Below, piece after piece: positions 39,143 to 52,410 of a DNA stretch of 64,000 bases (the stretch's first letter is position 1; every line of letters begins with the position of its first letter). Origin of the DNA: Spirogloea muscicola. Taxonomy: Eukaryota. A program made the translations under genes and the position numbers. The stretch lies in contig WELB01000017.1 in NCBI GenBank assembly GCA_009602725.1, positions 669,114 to 733,113 of the forward strand, given 5' to 3'. A model generated the notes under the pieces. The model saw only the letters and a program-made list of their open reading frames with translations, ran no database searches and had not been told where the DNA came from.

Positions 39143-42100
39143 ATGGCGGCGGGCCTCAAGGGTCATGCAGCCAAACCCCGCGGCGGGCCGCGGGCCACAG
39201 TGGCCATCGTGGCCACTCTTTTGACCATTGGCTTCTTCTTCTTCTTCAGCAGCTCGCAGCCGAAAGATAAGGTCGCGCCCCAGGTGAATCCTCAACCCTT
39301 GGCATGTGTCTAAGGTCACAGCTGCTTCTGTCAGCTAGAGTATGTCGCAGCAACTCCAACTGAGGACGGGCACTCGTCGACCAAGCTGGAGTTCTATTTG
39401 TGCTTGGCTTCACTGTCGAGGTCTACTATCTCACGTGCAGGATGTCCTTGACAAGCGTTCCACAGGCATCCCATCAAGCTCTGTTACCACCGACGAGGTA
39501 GGCCAGACCAGCTGCGGCAGTGCATGGCATGTATCGAGTACCATAAATTCTCCAAGTATCACTGCAGAAGAGCCTGACTGCCTGCTGAGCAGCCTCTGGT
39601 TCCTATGCTTCTGTGATCTGCCAAGTAACCCGAGCATGGGCTGCACCACCATATCCAGGCTATTGGCAAGACCAAGAGCTTAGCAGAGGAGGAAGTCAGC
39701 GAAGAGGAAGAAGCTGCAGAGTTGGTCGATGTAGAGAGGCAAGATGAATTGCCACGAAGCCAGCAGGACGCTAGGGAAAATGCCAAAGCTGCTGGTGTTG
39801 GTCTGAACATGCGCCAGAAGTATGGGTTAGGATTGAGTGCAGATAGTGCTGTGGAAGACCAGGCAGGCCATACTGCAGGCAAGTCAAGACGAGGCAAGCC
39901 AGAAGGCTGATAAGAGTCACTGTCATCTATCAGAATGAGGCTTGCTTGAAGCCCCCTTGTGATGTACTTAGTCGCATAAGGTGATAGTTGGCTGCTTCAG
40001 AACACCAATGTTCCTGGAAAGTAACAGAGTCAAGATTCTGTCATCATACAAGACCTGTACTGCAAATCCGATTTAGTACCCGCTACAAGCACGTCTGATT
40101 CACGATTTTTGTATTACTCTTGCAGGCCGTGCGAGGCATGCTTGGGCTGCAGACTGGGACAGAGATCATACCCTCATAGATTCATTAGAATGCTCGTCAG
40201 AGGGTTGCGGGCAGCCATGGAGCAAAGGTCCTCAAGGAGTGGCCGGCTGGAAGGCTGGTGGTCAGAAGCCCACTAAGGTCAACGCACAGACCCAGCAAAT
40301 GCTCCCTTCCGGTAAGACTTATATCCCATCACAACTCTAGGCAACATGGGGGCCTTATCTCCTTGACATCTCAGATTATGTACTTGTGATCAGCTTTTCC
40401 GTTTAGCTTCAATGAAAGCCAACGAAGAAATGTCTGTGCACGCTTGCAGAAAAGTGGGTGGTCCTGACCTATCACAAGGATCCAAAGGCAATCACTCGAG
40501 CTAATCTTACATCATGGATCAGCGCTGGATGGAGTCTGGTCATTGTTGTAGATCGCAAAGAAGACCTCAGAAGATTTCGTCGCTGCCGCAAGCGTTGTCG
40601 TGTTGTAGATCGCGTCAGCTCCTTGGAATTCGGTTTTAAGGTGAGGTGCCCACATCAATGCTTCCACGATGCACATCGTGGCCTTCTTCCTAGGAGAAGC
40701 AGGACTAAGCATTCCCATGCTGTGTGTGCACAGTGCTTCAACTGATTGTTAACATCGAATACTGTATTTACTTGTTCCTTATTCGTGCTTGTCATCTTTC
40801 AGTCCCTTGCTGAAATTCCCCGTCACCCTTTTAAGTTTCAAGTTCTGATGAATCTGCTGAGATGCTTGTCTTTGACGACATCTTTTTCAAGAAGGCAAGA
40901 ATAATTCTCATGTACATGATTGCCAGATAGCAAACAAGGTATGGAGCAAGACAGCAAGAAAGATGATTGGAACCCTGGTTGCAATCAGGGAGGGAGCAAA
41001 AGCCATCTATCAGACGGAAGATGAGGGGCACTCTGTACATAACCCTCACCTTAACTGGATCAAGCCAATGCACATACATGGTGCATTTGCTGTACATGAC
41101 GAAATAGAAGGCCTGGTCAATCCCTTTGCATACTTTGGTCAGGTGAGTCGATACAGAGTTGTGCTCCTCTTCTTCTGAGTTCAGGACCTTCATGAATGGA
41201 AGTTGGAGAAAGAATAGACTGTTGTGCTTGCATATCCAGCATGTGCATCCAACATCATGCCTTTGTAACATGTGTTCTTCAGTTTCTTGCTGAGCACTTG
41301 CTACGAGTGGCTGTTAGAGCTGCCGGTCAAATATGCCCAGATATAATAAGTTGCCCCGTGAGAATTGTACTCATGATAGCCTGTTCCAAGTCAGTGGTCG
41401 GTGTCATTCATGACCTCTGTTGAGAACTGTGTTTTCTATTGCCTCCTAGGATCGGCTCTTTCCACGGGGATTTCCTATTGAAGTAGGCAAGAAAGTGATG
41501 GCGGGAGACTTTGAAGAACCAGAGTACAAGACAAAAGTAAAATTCTCCACATTTTCGCCAATACAGCAAGGAGTGACAGATGGTGAACCGGGTATGCCTT
41601 CTTTCCTGCAGTACTGACATGCTAAAGTGCACCACACTTCACTAAACAGTGTGTACTGCTTGGGGCATTTGGCAAGCCTTGTTGCTGAATGCTGCTGATC
41701 TTTGTTCCCTTTACTCTACCGTGCCAGTATCCACTCCTAGCTGATCTTTCACTTGAAACTATGTACTTGGATACCATAGGGCGCCCCAGCTGAATGACAA
41801 GCCATTGGGAGTACTATTACCCGTAGTGATCAATGACCATAAGTAGCGCATTACGAACGGACGTCGTAGTCGCTGGGATACCCTGTCCCGCCCTGGACCT
41901 CTTGCACGTCACAACATCATAGAAGGAACATACTACTGGGTCAGCATGGTCTTATTGGAGCTCATGATTGCTGTAATCTGGCAGACTTGGACCCTTTCTG
42001 TAGGAAGGAGCAAGTGAATGGGGCAGAGGCAGGAGGTGTATTGTTTCGGAAATGCCAGCTGCCATTGGTCATTCCAGAGGGAGGCCTGGCTCCATTCAAT

Positions 42101-44651
42101 ACACGCCACACTATTTACTATCAACCAGCTTTCTTCCTTCTCTTTGTGCCAAGTATGGTCTTTGATTTCTACAAACCCTCCCACAATATAATCAATTCGG
42201 TTTGCATGTGTATATCAGTGTACAGTTCCTTTAATGTATTTTGAGTTTGAGTCATGCAGTTCCTTGGAGAGCAAGGAACAAGTACGGGATCATAGAATAT
42301 GCTTGTCAGTTCATTGCTTACTTTTGGCAGCACATGCTTCTACACCCTCGTAGTCAATGTCAAAGAAATAAATCTCACAGAAGTACAAAGTTGTTGGGCT
42401 CAAGTACAACAGGTGTCATCTAAGTGCCCCTCTCATTGCTGGCTTTCTTTTTGAGTGCAGCCACGGTTGGTACTGGTGTGGCTGACATCTGGGCTGGGTA
42501 CTGGGGCCAACGATTGCTTTGGGAGATGGGTGGTCAGCTCACCTTCGTCCACACTGGAGAGTACCATAAGACTGCGCATCCGATTACACATGACTCTGTT
42601 GATGTTAGCACCTCACCCTACTCTTCCCCTACACTGCGTTTGTCAGAGGCTGGTTTAGCTCTGCCTGATCCTAGCTTCATAGGTGCTGCAATGTCAGACT
42701 GTAGTGGGAACAGCGTATCTTTGTGAGCGCTTTGCTTATCAGGAAGGATGGCACTGTTTTGAGTGCCATCCCCTAAACCCCATTGAGGATGGTCACGTTT
42801 CTCTGCAGGCCCAGCAGCTACAGGCTCAGGCGCAAGAGCTTGTTGATTACCTCCAGGCTTGGGATTGCAAGCTTGACCACATGTATGACTGTGCTTTGGA
42901 GCTAGGGAGACAGATGGCCCTGAAGGGCTTCTGGGGTATCGAAGACGCTCTCCTCCTGCGTGACTGGCTGGAGGACATTGCTTCTCTTGGCCATGTACCT
43001 CCCATGGTACATCAGGACGCTGCCAAAGAGCATCGGATAACTTTGCCGGAGGAGATTAGCTTCCCGTACCAGATCAAATCCACCCCACTGGCCTGTGGTG
43101 TCAACTCTCAGCACTGGACCATTGTCAAAGAACGTTTTGTCAATGTCAGGCCAGATAAGCTATGCTACCCCGGCAATGAAGCTCCGTCTTGGTTGGTCAC
43201 TCTCAATAGCACCGCTTTGGGTCTACTCAGTGAACCACAGCGTCCACGTGCCCGATATCTGCAAGCAGAGTTGCCAGCAAGGTTTGTCTACCTTGTGCAA
43301 GCTCCTGGGGCACTTCCCAAGCTGCTGAAGGATGTCTTGTGTCACGGCGAGTCGGAGGCCCTGCTGCTGACCTACAAGGAGGAGGTGTATGATGCCATCT
43401 GGGCACCTGGTAGGGCTTACCTGCTTGCTTGAGCTGGTGGCAGTTGCTTCTACACACTGCCACAGTGTCAAGGCCATTATCTAGCGAGTGCCAGCTCTGC
43501 TACGTTCTGCCATATGCTTCTAAGCACCAAATGATAGATTGCTATACCATCGCCCTGCAGCAATGACTGAGAATGTTGGACAATTGCCCTATTCATCTAC
43601 TCCTCATTGAGCTGATACTGTCCTGCCCTATAAAAGTTTGTGGGCATGCATGCCATGTTTTCTGAAAGTCGTTTTACACCAATACATGAGCAACCCGACT
43701 TGTTGCTCATTGTAGGAACTTCCTCTGACAATGCGCCGTGTTTATCCTTCACAATTGTGTGTCTAGGCACAACGTGGGCAGAAGGGAGAAACATTCTCTT
43801 TTCTGCTGCTCTTCAGTTGGAACAGCTGCGAGGATGGAGATACACGTATCATATCTTCGTGGACGATGATCTCACAGGCACTGGATCTTGGAGAAGTTTT
43901 GAAGAGTTCTTGGTCAAACAGCAGCCAGCTCTTGCAGAAGCTGCAACAGCATCCGCATGTCGCAAGCTTGCTAGAGTGAAGGACACTTTTGCGGCTGTGA
44001 GTATCTCCTTTTCCCCTCAAGTTGCTCATTACTGAGCAAGCACTGCAAAACGACAAATCTGTGCGTCTGCATTTGGATCTCTTGATACAGCACCCTGTCT
44101 TTCACAACAGTGACATGCAGCCATTGGTCAAGTAATTCATGTTGCATGTCTGCCAAGCAAATTGCTTGCCAGGATTTCGTGGAGAATTAGAAGGTTGCAG
44201 TCCTCTGTATCGGGCCTCTAATTCAGGACTCAACATCGCCATGTTTCAACAGGCTTACCATCTTCAGGGATTGCTGAATGCATATCACTATGAGGCAGCT
44301 CCCCAGCTTCTGCCCTACTCAACTGCGTTTGACAGCTCCAGTTGGCAGCTTGCCCAAGCCATCCAGACACACAGGTGCTCGCTCCTATACACGGGCCACT
44401 GCATGAGGTACTATGGCCTGCAGGTGTGTGGGCGGGAAAGTCGGCCCTACCCCAGGGGTTACAGGCGGCTGACGCCCGCTGAGGAAGCCCTTAAGGCAGC
44501 TGTGAGGGCTGCATCGAACGAGTCTGAAAATGTTCTCTCTTGCTTCAAGCCTCTGAGGCAAGTAATGAGGATGGGAGGAGACCGGTATGTAGCCCTACCT
44601 AAACAGGACTCTTATGCCTCCATAGACTTCAGAAATGCGCCTCGCTGTTGA
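39143..44651 (+). CDS. STELLO-like (DUF288/GT75-related) type II membrane protein with a second GT-A-like domain, spliced
   Basis: N-terminal TM ATVAIVATLLTIGFFFFF; KWVVLT; ARKMIGTLVAIREGAKAIY; VNPFAYFGQ|DRLFPRGFP; IQQGVTDGEPDLD; APFNTRHTIY; DIWAGYWGQRLLWEMGG; C-terminal GTTWAEGRNIL..YTYHIFVDDDL..WRSFEEFL. Confidence 0.8.
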
Positions 44652-45747
44652 GACGTAGTTAGCATCACCCAGCTTTGGCCGTTGCTTCCCTGGAGCCTTG
44701 GTGGTCAACTCAGGAGTCTTACTTCCATCGCTCATTTGTGAACGATTCTGATGTCTCTTGGAGCCACGTATTTAGTTGTCAAAGTGACAAGCATTCCAAC
44801 CGATTCTTTCCTCTATACATATTAGAAAGATGCTCAATGCAACCATCTAGCAGAATCTGGTCATTCATGAGGATACTACAGCCTTTAACATCCTAAGGAT
44901 ATCCCATGACCAAGCTTGCAATATAGCTGCAAACATTGTCATTACCCGCTGAATCTCAAAGCATTGTGAGAGTGCACAGTTTCAGCCTAAGCAACACACG
45001 GGCAATGATCACATGCTTGCTGAAGGGAGCATGTGTCCAGAGTGTGTCAGCAGATTGCTTGAGAATGCCGCGTAGAGACATGGAGCCGCTGTTGCAAGCG
45101 AAATCTTTCGTGACCTCTATGTTTAGCAGTTGCCTCTGTCATGACACCTTCTGATATGTCAAACTGGCATTTGCCTTTGGGAAATGTAGTCCTGCGAGCC
45201 CATTAAGTATCATGACTGTGCAGGCAACCACAACCACCTTGGAAAGTGTGCAACTCATTTGGAGTGGCCAGCATATAACGTGTGCAAAGCCTGCTGGTGC
45301 TCCAAGTTGACAGCTACGAGCTCTAGCTCTAGAGGTAGCATGTACATACATATGTTCACATGTCCTACGCTTGCAGTGCGCCACATGCAGCACACCACCG
45401 AGGCACAGGTCTTGAGTTGTCCACGACTCCCAAAGTAAACAGACAGCTGACAGTCGCTTGGCATACAAATGCCTCCATGTGATTGCACAATGTCTTGCGT
45501 GCAAGCTCCTAAAGACCAGGGCCCAAAGAGACGGCCCTCAAAGACGAGAAAGAATAAACCTGAGGAACCTGCAGTCCTGCAAGTACTATGTGTACTTTGA
45601 CACGAGTAAAGGTACAGCTTGCCACTGCTCCATATGCTTGATGGCATGCCAAGCCAAAAGACAAGCTCCCACTTTCCAACCAAATTCATCAGCGGCCCCT
45701 GGTCCTTGCAAGGTTTGAAGTGTCTGGACTAAAGCAAGCTTGCCATG

Positions 45748-47108
45748 TCACTGTGGTGCACCAATGGCACCACCTCCACCCCCGAAGCCGCCTCCGCGAC
45801 CAAATCCACCCCGGCCACCTCCCTGCTTACCAAGCACAAGGAAGGCATTACTGGACAGCTAAATTATATGATGCGCGACTGACCACGCAAGCTGCACATC
45901 ATCCTAGTCTGCAGACCACTTCAGGCGCATGCTATCAGTACCCTGCCCATCGCAGATGGACTGTCATGACAGAGACATGCTTCATTGTCCATGGCTTGGC
46001 AACATTGGCAGAAATGAAATAAGCAACCTCCAGAGACAGCGGCCATTCAGCGCCAATTGAAGGCCAGACGAATGCAAAGGGGCGAGGGGGCATGCAATGG
46101 CCACCAATCATGACCCAACACACCTCTCGGAACTCAGGGCGGAACTCGCCCGGCGCGCCTCCCTTGTCACCGTAACCACCAGGGGCGCCCCGGTAGCCCT
46201 CGCGGTCGCCACCAAAGCGGGGCCGGTCACCTCCGCCATCAAATCTCCTGCATGACAAGCGCAGGGGCAGCGCACAATGTAAGCCAGAGAGCTGCTTCGG
46301 ATGCCCAGACACAAACGTGGCCTTTGACAAGCAGCCCCGCCAACGTCTCCAGGTCCCCAGACGACAGGCCAGGGTCCCAAGTGTCACAATCCCAATCACC
46401 GCAAGTTAGTGAGGGCATGTCCACACTTGTGCCTGCCGCAGCGCGCCGGCAGCTACATCAGGTGGCTGGCATCAGTATTGGGCTCTGCTGAAGCTGCTCG
46501 GCGGCGCACCTGGGGGCCCGGTCGTCGCCCATGGGCCGGCCGGCGGGCCGCGCCGACTTCTTGAGCGTGGCGGGCACGATCTCGGACGGGAGATTGAGGT
46601 AGGTGCGCAGGAACTCGATGCCCTCGTTGGTGAGGTACCAGTAGTAGTGCCGCCATGCGAACGTCTCCTTGACGTACTCCTTGCTCTTGAAGCTCTGCAT
46701 CAGCTTGATGACCTGGGCCATGGCCGCCGAGACAGCAGGGGCCGTGTCAGACGGAAGGCCCCTCTGCCGAGAGCCGCGGCACCGGCCGTCGCGAGGGCCC
46801 CACAGCAGCTGCCGGCTTCAGGCCAGCGGCGCCGACGCGGCCAGAGGCACAGCCAAGCAGCGCCGTAGAGCCGGAGGAGCCAACCTGGAGGTTGGGCACG
46901 TCAATTTCCGGGTGCTTGGGCGCGTCGAAGTCCTTCTTGGCGAACAGCACGCCCTCTGCAGCGGCGCGGCCGCGCGCGGCGCCGTCAGCGCTGGCGGCGG
47001 CGGCGGCGGCGGATGCGGCGGGCCGGCGGGCGCAGGCAGGCGGCAAAGGAGGCGGACCCTTGAAGAGGTACTTGTAGATCTCCACGCGGTTCTTCTTGGA
47101 GATGAGCT
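45748..47108 (-). CDS. RPS10: 40S ribosomal protein S10 (eS10); ATG exon in N-gap
   Basis: [96 protein letters not shown]-rich tail. Confidence 0.98.
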
Positions 47109-47170
47109 GCGGGTGCAGGCGCAGGCGCGGCGGACGGGTCAGGCGCGGCGCCGGCTGCGGGGCAGCGGCG

Positions 47171-47344
47171 NNNNNNNNNNNNNNNNNNNNNNNNNNNNNN
47201 NNNNNNNNNNNNNNNNNNNNNNNNNNNNNNNNNNNNNNNNNNNNNNNNNNNNNNNNNNNNNNNNNNNNNNNNNNNNNNNNNNNNNNNNNNNNNNNNNNNN
47301 NNNNNNNNNNNNNNNNNNNNNNNNNNNNNNNNNNNNNNNNNNNN
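47171..47344. other. Assembly gap (N) over the RPS10/UAH shared promoter
   Basis: Run of N. Confidence 1.
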
Positions 47345-47491
47345 CTCGGCGCCGGCGGCGGCGGCGGCGGCGTGGCGCTGCGGCCCGCCGGCGACGCCGA
47401 GGTGGACGCGACCACGGGCGACGTCCTGCGCCCCGTGGACGTCGTGGAAACCACGTCCGCACCGGCGCAGGCCTCCGGCCCCGTCGTGCTC

Positions 47492-50400
47492 ATGCTCTTC
47501 ACGCTCGCTATCGGCGCCCTCTCCGTCGTCCTCTCGGTGTACCACAGCCACGCCTCGTGGGCCTTCAAGGCCGCCGACAAGCCGCCGGTCTCGCGCTTGG
47601 CCGCGGCGGACGGCCCCTCGCCGTTTCCCGCGAACCTCAGCCTCCCTCTGCACATCGACGTCGACGGCCTGCAGCAGTGGGTACGCCTCCTGAGCCATTC
47701 TCCACGCCACAGCGAGCTGCACTAGCTCCACTCTTGGTGTGGAGGAGCGCCGACCTCACACCTTGCAAGCGAGCTGAATTATGCGGGAGTTCTACTTTGG
47801 ATGTCTCGTGCAGTCAGAGCTGGCCTTTCAGATACTGCTGGTGTAGGTGTTTAGATTTAGCACGAAGACTCTCTGAGACGTCCATGAGGAGCAAGCCAGC
47901 TGCAAATCCATGTGTAGTGCCTCTGAGGCAGGCCGTGCCCTGCCGTCGTGGCATCTGCAGATTGACGAGCTGAGCCTGTTTTCAGAGCATGCAGCTCCAT
48001 CGGTCACTCGCCAAGTATACTCCAAGGAGGACGTCGTTGCTCGCAGGTGATTGTGAACGACGCAGTGTGCAATCTGCACACCTGTTCACTATGCTGCCTC
48101 TACTTCTGCGGGTGCGCTTGATTGATGGATGGCTCCAATTCCGAAGCCCTCCTGTGTCCTATCGCAGGTACATCAAGTCACTGATGGAGGATGCTGGCCT
48201 CAAAGTGCGGGAGGATGCTGTAGGGAACATCTTTGGGCGCTGGTGAGCACATTGCTTTCCCTTCAGCTTCAAGTTGCTCACAAATTTTCAGAAGCTCCTC
48301 AGCAAGCCTGTCCATGTATTTACTTACTTGTGTATGTCGTTCCAGCATCCCTTTGTTGCAGTCTGTGTGCCTGCTAGTGTGCATCTCCGATTCTCTTTAG
48401 CTGATGTGTCAACAGTGGTTCTTTGTTATTGCGGGGTGGGAATTCTTTCTCTGATTTGCTTCACACTGAGCCCTTCATATGACACTCTGCTAGTGCAGGG
48501 AAGGTGCTCATAAGTCAGCAGCTGCTATCAGCACCGGCTCACACATAGATGCTATCCCGCATGCTGGCAAATATGATGGGGTATTGGGTGTTCTGGGACC
48601 AATTGAGGCATTCAGAGCATTGCGCAGGTACTTGATGCTTGCTGCTGGTGCTATGTCCAGGGTTGTCTGGTGTTGCTGCTTCATGTTTCTCTGAGGTGCT
48701 AATGGGCCCACTAATTCGTGTTTTATGAATTGCACGATACTGCAATCAAGCTGTAGATCACATAAGATCGACACTGCTTGAGAGTACTGTTGCAATTTCA
48801 TACCATCCTTAGATAGGCTTGTGCTGTTCAAGGTTTTAAATCACCTCCCAATGATTTCAGTCAAGCCTGTTCGACCTGCTCAGGTCTGGTTTTCAGCCAA
48901 AGAGGTCACTGGAGGTCATTATGTTCACGTCCGAGGAACCAACCAGATTTGGTCTGGGGTGCCTTGGCAGGTCTTTAGCCCCTCTCAACTTGGCCACCGC
49001 TGTTTTCGCAGAGCAGCTAGATTGTGCACCTAACATGATACGTAGAGACTGGCAAGCCCAGCAAGCAGCTGCTCCAGTCTACTTCTACTTGTATTGCCAA
49101 CAGAGTACCACAGAATAACCGCAGCCAATTTTTCAACCTGAAGGAGCAGATTGACTTACACTTTCTTCCACATCTGCTGTGGCAGCCGTGTCATGGCTGG
49201 CCAAGTTGGCTTTTCGGACATTCTGAAAGGTGCAGTAGACAGCAAGGGAGTCTCATTTGCGGATGCTGCAACTGAAGCTGGATATGCCAGCCCCCTTCAA
49301 GGTCTGAAGAGTGCTGTGATTGCAAAGGGAGCTTACCATGCCTTCGTGGAGCTCCATATCGAACAAGGGCCGTTTCTGGAAGCAGAAGGTGAGTAGTGGA
49401 GTCAGTGACCTCCTTCACTGGGTGTGTTATGGACAGGCTATAGTTGTTGTTTACATGAGAAGTTGCAGCTGATAAGGTATGCAGCTCCTGTGTCCCTGTA
49501 CTTACCCTCCATTACTCCTCTACTAACGCTGGAACCTTGGTAACAATCTGAGGACGACCTTCTTAGAAACTAGATAGAAAGTGCAAAAGTGTCTGTTTTG
49601 ACGGATTGCTGAGGAGGCAAGGTCTTGGAATCTGTATGGATAGGTATCCCAATCGGCATTGTGACTGCTATAGCAGCTCCAGCTAGTCTGGTTGTCGACT
49701 TCAGGGGACCAGGAGGTCATGCAGGAGGAGCTCTGATGCCTCATAGGTCAGCAAACAGCGTGCTCCTGCGAAATGCTTGTACACGTGATGTTCATCATCA
49801 GATGCAACGACAGTTGGATGTGTCGAATATTGTGAATCCTGGAGATGAGCAAATTGCAGGTGGCGATAATGGGGATATTTATCTTATGTGGACAGAATCC
49901 TTTGCCCATGTTGGCAATGTTGTAGACACGATGCAGGTCTTGCTGGAGCTGAGCTGGCGCTAGCAGTAGAGGCACACGTTCTTTCCACCGGAGCAAATGA
50001 CACAGTTGGAACAGTTGGTGAGCGCTTGTGGCATTTTGTATACTGAATGTGTATCTTGTATCAGATGGCATCTTGCACCGTTAATTTGACTTACAATGTA
50101 GATGGCAGTTAGGAGATCTTTACACGAAAGGTTGGGTTCAGACATGCAGTGAGCCAACCTGGTGAGCTCAATTTTACCTTCTCATGTGATGCTAAGGCCA
50201 AGGGTGACAATGCCCTCACCAGGTGTGATGCAATATGAGCCTGGAGCCATCAATAGCATTGCCAGAGATGTGCACCTTGAGATTGGTGAGTACTGTTTAT
50301 TGACCCTGGTCTGAATATTTTCAAGGACGCCTATACATTGTTACATGCAAATTTCGATATATATTTCTAGCAGCTCAAAGGGCAGCCAAACACATGATGC

Positions 50401-51230
50401 TGTCAGCAAATGAGGACTATGTCTTGAGCAAGTAAAATCTGAGTGCTAAATTTGAGTTCTTAAGCAAGTAGGCGTGAATATATGAGGGAACACTTTTTCT
50501 GCTCATTGCATGGCTGCAGATATCCGTGACATTGATGGTGATAGGCGTGACACTGTAGTAGAGAAAGTGAGATCCTCTGCAAAGAGTATTGCAGCCCATA
50601 GAGGGGTCGAGTTGGTCAACTTCACTACTCTCAATCAGGACCCCCCTGCTATCAGTGATGCCCTTGTCATAAAAGCGGCAGTATCATCTGCTGACGAGGC
50701 TCAGCTGGATTACAAGTTGATGGTCAGCAGGGCTTACCATGACTCCGCTTTCATGACGCGGTAAGAAGTCACAATCTGCATGTTCGTTTCAGAATGGTGA
50801 ATGGCTTCTCCGCACAGATGTTTTGAGAGGGTGAAAAGTGCGTTGTGAGCAGGTGGTAATTCGTGGTTCAATGGTAGTGACTGATCATGACACCTCATTG
50901 CTGCCCCTCACAGGATTGCACCAATGGCCATGATCTTCATACCTTGTTATAAGGGTAGGTTGTCCTCCACGTACTTGGTAGAGCATTTGCTTGCTGACCT
51001 CTTTGCAATCGCACATTTGCTTCAGATGGTATGTCTGCTTGTATGCATCAAGATGTGTCCTCATCCAAAACTGCATTATCGAAAGTCGATATCTATCAAT
51101 CATGAAACTTGCTATCATGATCTTTGCTGCAGGCTACAGCCACAGACCGGACGAGTCAGCAAGCAAGGGGGACATGATCAATGGCGTGCATGTACTAGCT
51201 CTTACGATGGCAAGGCTTTCTCTGAACTGA
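47492..51230 (+). CDS. UAH: Ureidoglycolate amidohydrolase (M20 family), spliced; start may lie further upstream
   Basis: Signal-like MLFTLAIGALSVVLSVYHSHASWA; VREDAVGNIFGRW; TGSHIDAIPHAGKYDGVLGVLG; LEVIMFTSEEPTRFGLGCLGS; FVELHIEQGPFLE; GHAGGALMP; MVSRAYHDS; GYSHRPDE. Confidence 0.93.
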
Positions 51231-52269
51231 AGGCACCCGTAGTGCCAAGGATTAGAGAGTTCTCGATGCTGGAAGTATTGCTGTCCGAGGAGCTTCCTGA
51301 GTGCGGCTCTTCACATGAAGCCAGCTTTTTCTGAGCTTCTCAGTCAGAAAGAATCACTTAGAAGAACTGTTGATCAAGTTGAACACAATAGAGCTGTGTT
51401 CAGCTGTCAGACTGACTCAGTGCAGACATTCTTGGACAGAGATAACTGGCTGAATTGTACAAGAACTACATCCTCTACGTACACAGATGAAGATGTGGTG
51501 TTTCTCAATCTATCCACCTCATTTTGACATCTGAACAGGTAGTCTGCAAAAAGTGTTGGCGTGTGCAAATATGCACACGCAAACATGAACAATTTTAGGA
51601 GGAGATTATATCCATGTAACAGCTGTATCTCTTCAGACAGTCCAGGGGATATTGCTCGTAACAATGACGATCTTATTGCGAGCAAACAGTTCAATTTCTA
51701 TGCATAAGGTCAGAAAGAAAGCACATCAAATAAGAATGCCAGAACCACATACTCTTGATATATGGATAAATTGAAGTCCTGTAATTGTTGGCGGTTTCCA
51801 CTACTTATGTGGTGAACGATAGCCAGTAGAAGCATGCCTCAGCAATTTGCCAGAAGCCAAGAATGGTGTATACATAAGTTAGGTAACCACAACACATTGA
51901 ACTCGTATGTAATGACAGTAACGTCACAGAGTCTAGCAAAGCAAAGGCAGCCACATACTGGAAGTTCAGAAGGACTTGAGTGCCAGTGCTGTTGTTGAGA
52001 TCAAGCACTCATAAAAAACGATCGCCTGGGAATTGGACAACTTTATGTTGCAGTTTGCACTAGCATAACCATATCACCTATGACATGCTTGTAATGTTGT
52101 CAACAATCCCCGCGCCCTTGGGAAGCGGTGTCACAATCTGCTAAGCAAGCAGCTACGTTTTGCTCTATGAGTGTTCTCACGGAGCTTGCTTGTCAGAGCG
52201 GGAAACGTCGCACAACTGCTGAAGGCCAGAATATGAATGTTCGGATTGGAAGGCTTGTTCCTGTGAAGG

Positions 52270-52410
52270 AGGAAGACAAGCGCGGCCAAATTAAGTGGTG
52301 GCTGGGAGAAGGCCGGCCAAAGGAATGGACAAAGAGAGAGACTCTTACAGTGGAAGGCGATGGCTGTGATTGGCCAGCCCTGGAAAAGAATGAACAGAAT
52401 TGGAAGGGGC
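52270..52410 (-). mobile_element. Two truncated retrotransposon 3' ends
   Basis: Minus strand: ttgtccattcctttggccggccttctcccagccaccacttaatttggccgcgc and tgttcattcttttccagggctggccaatcacagcc. Confidence 0.65.
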
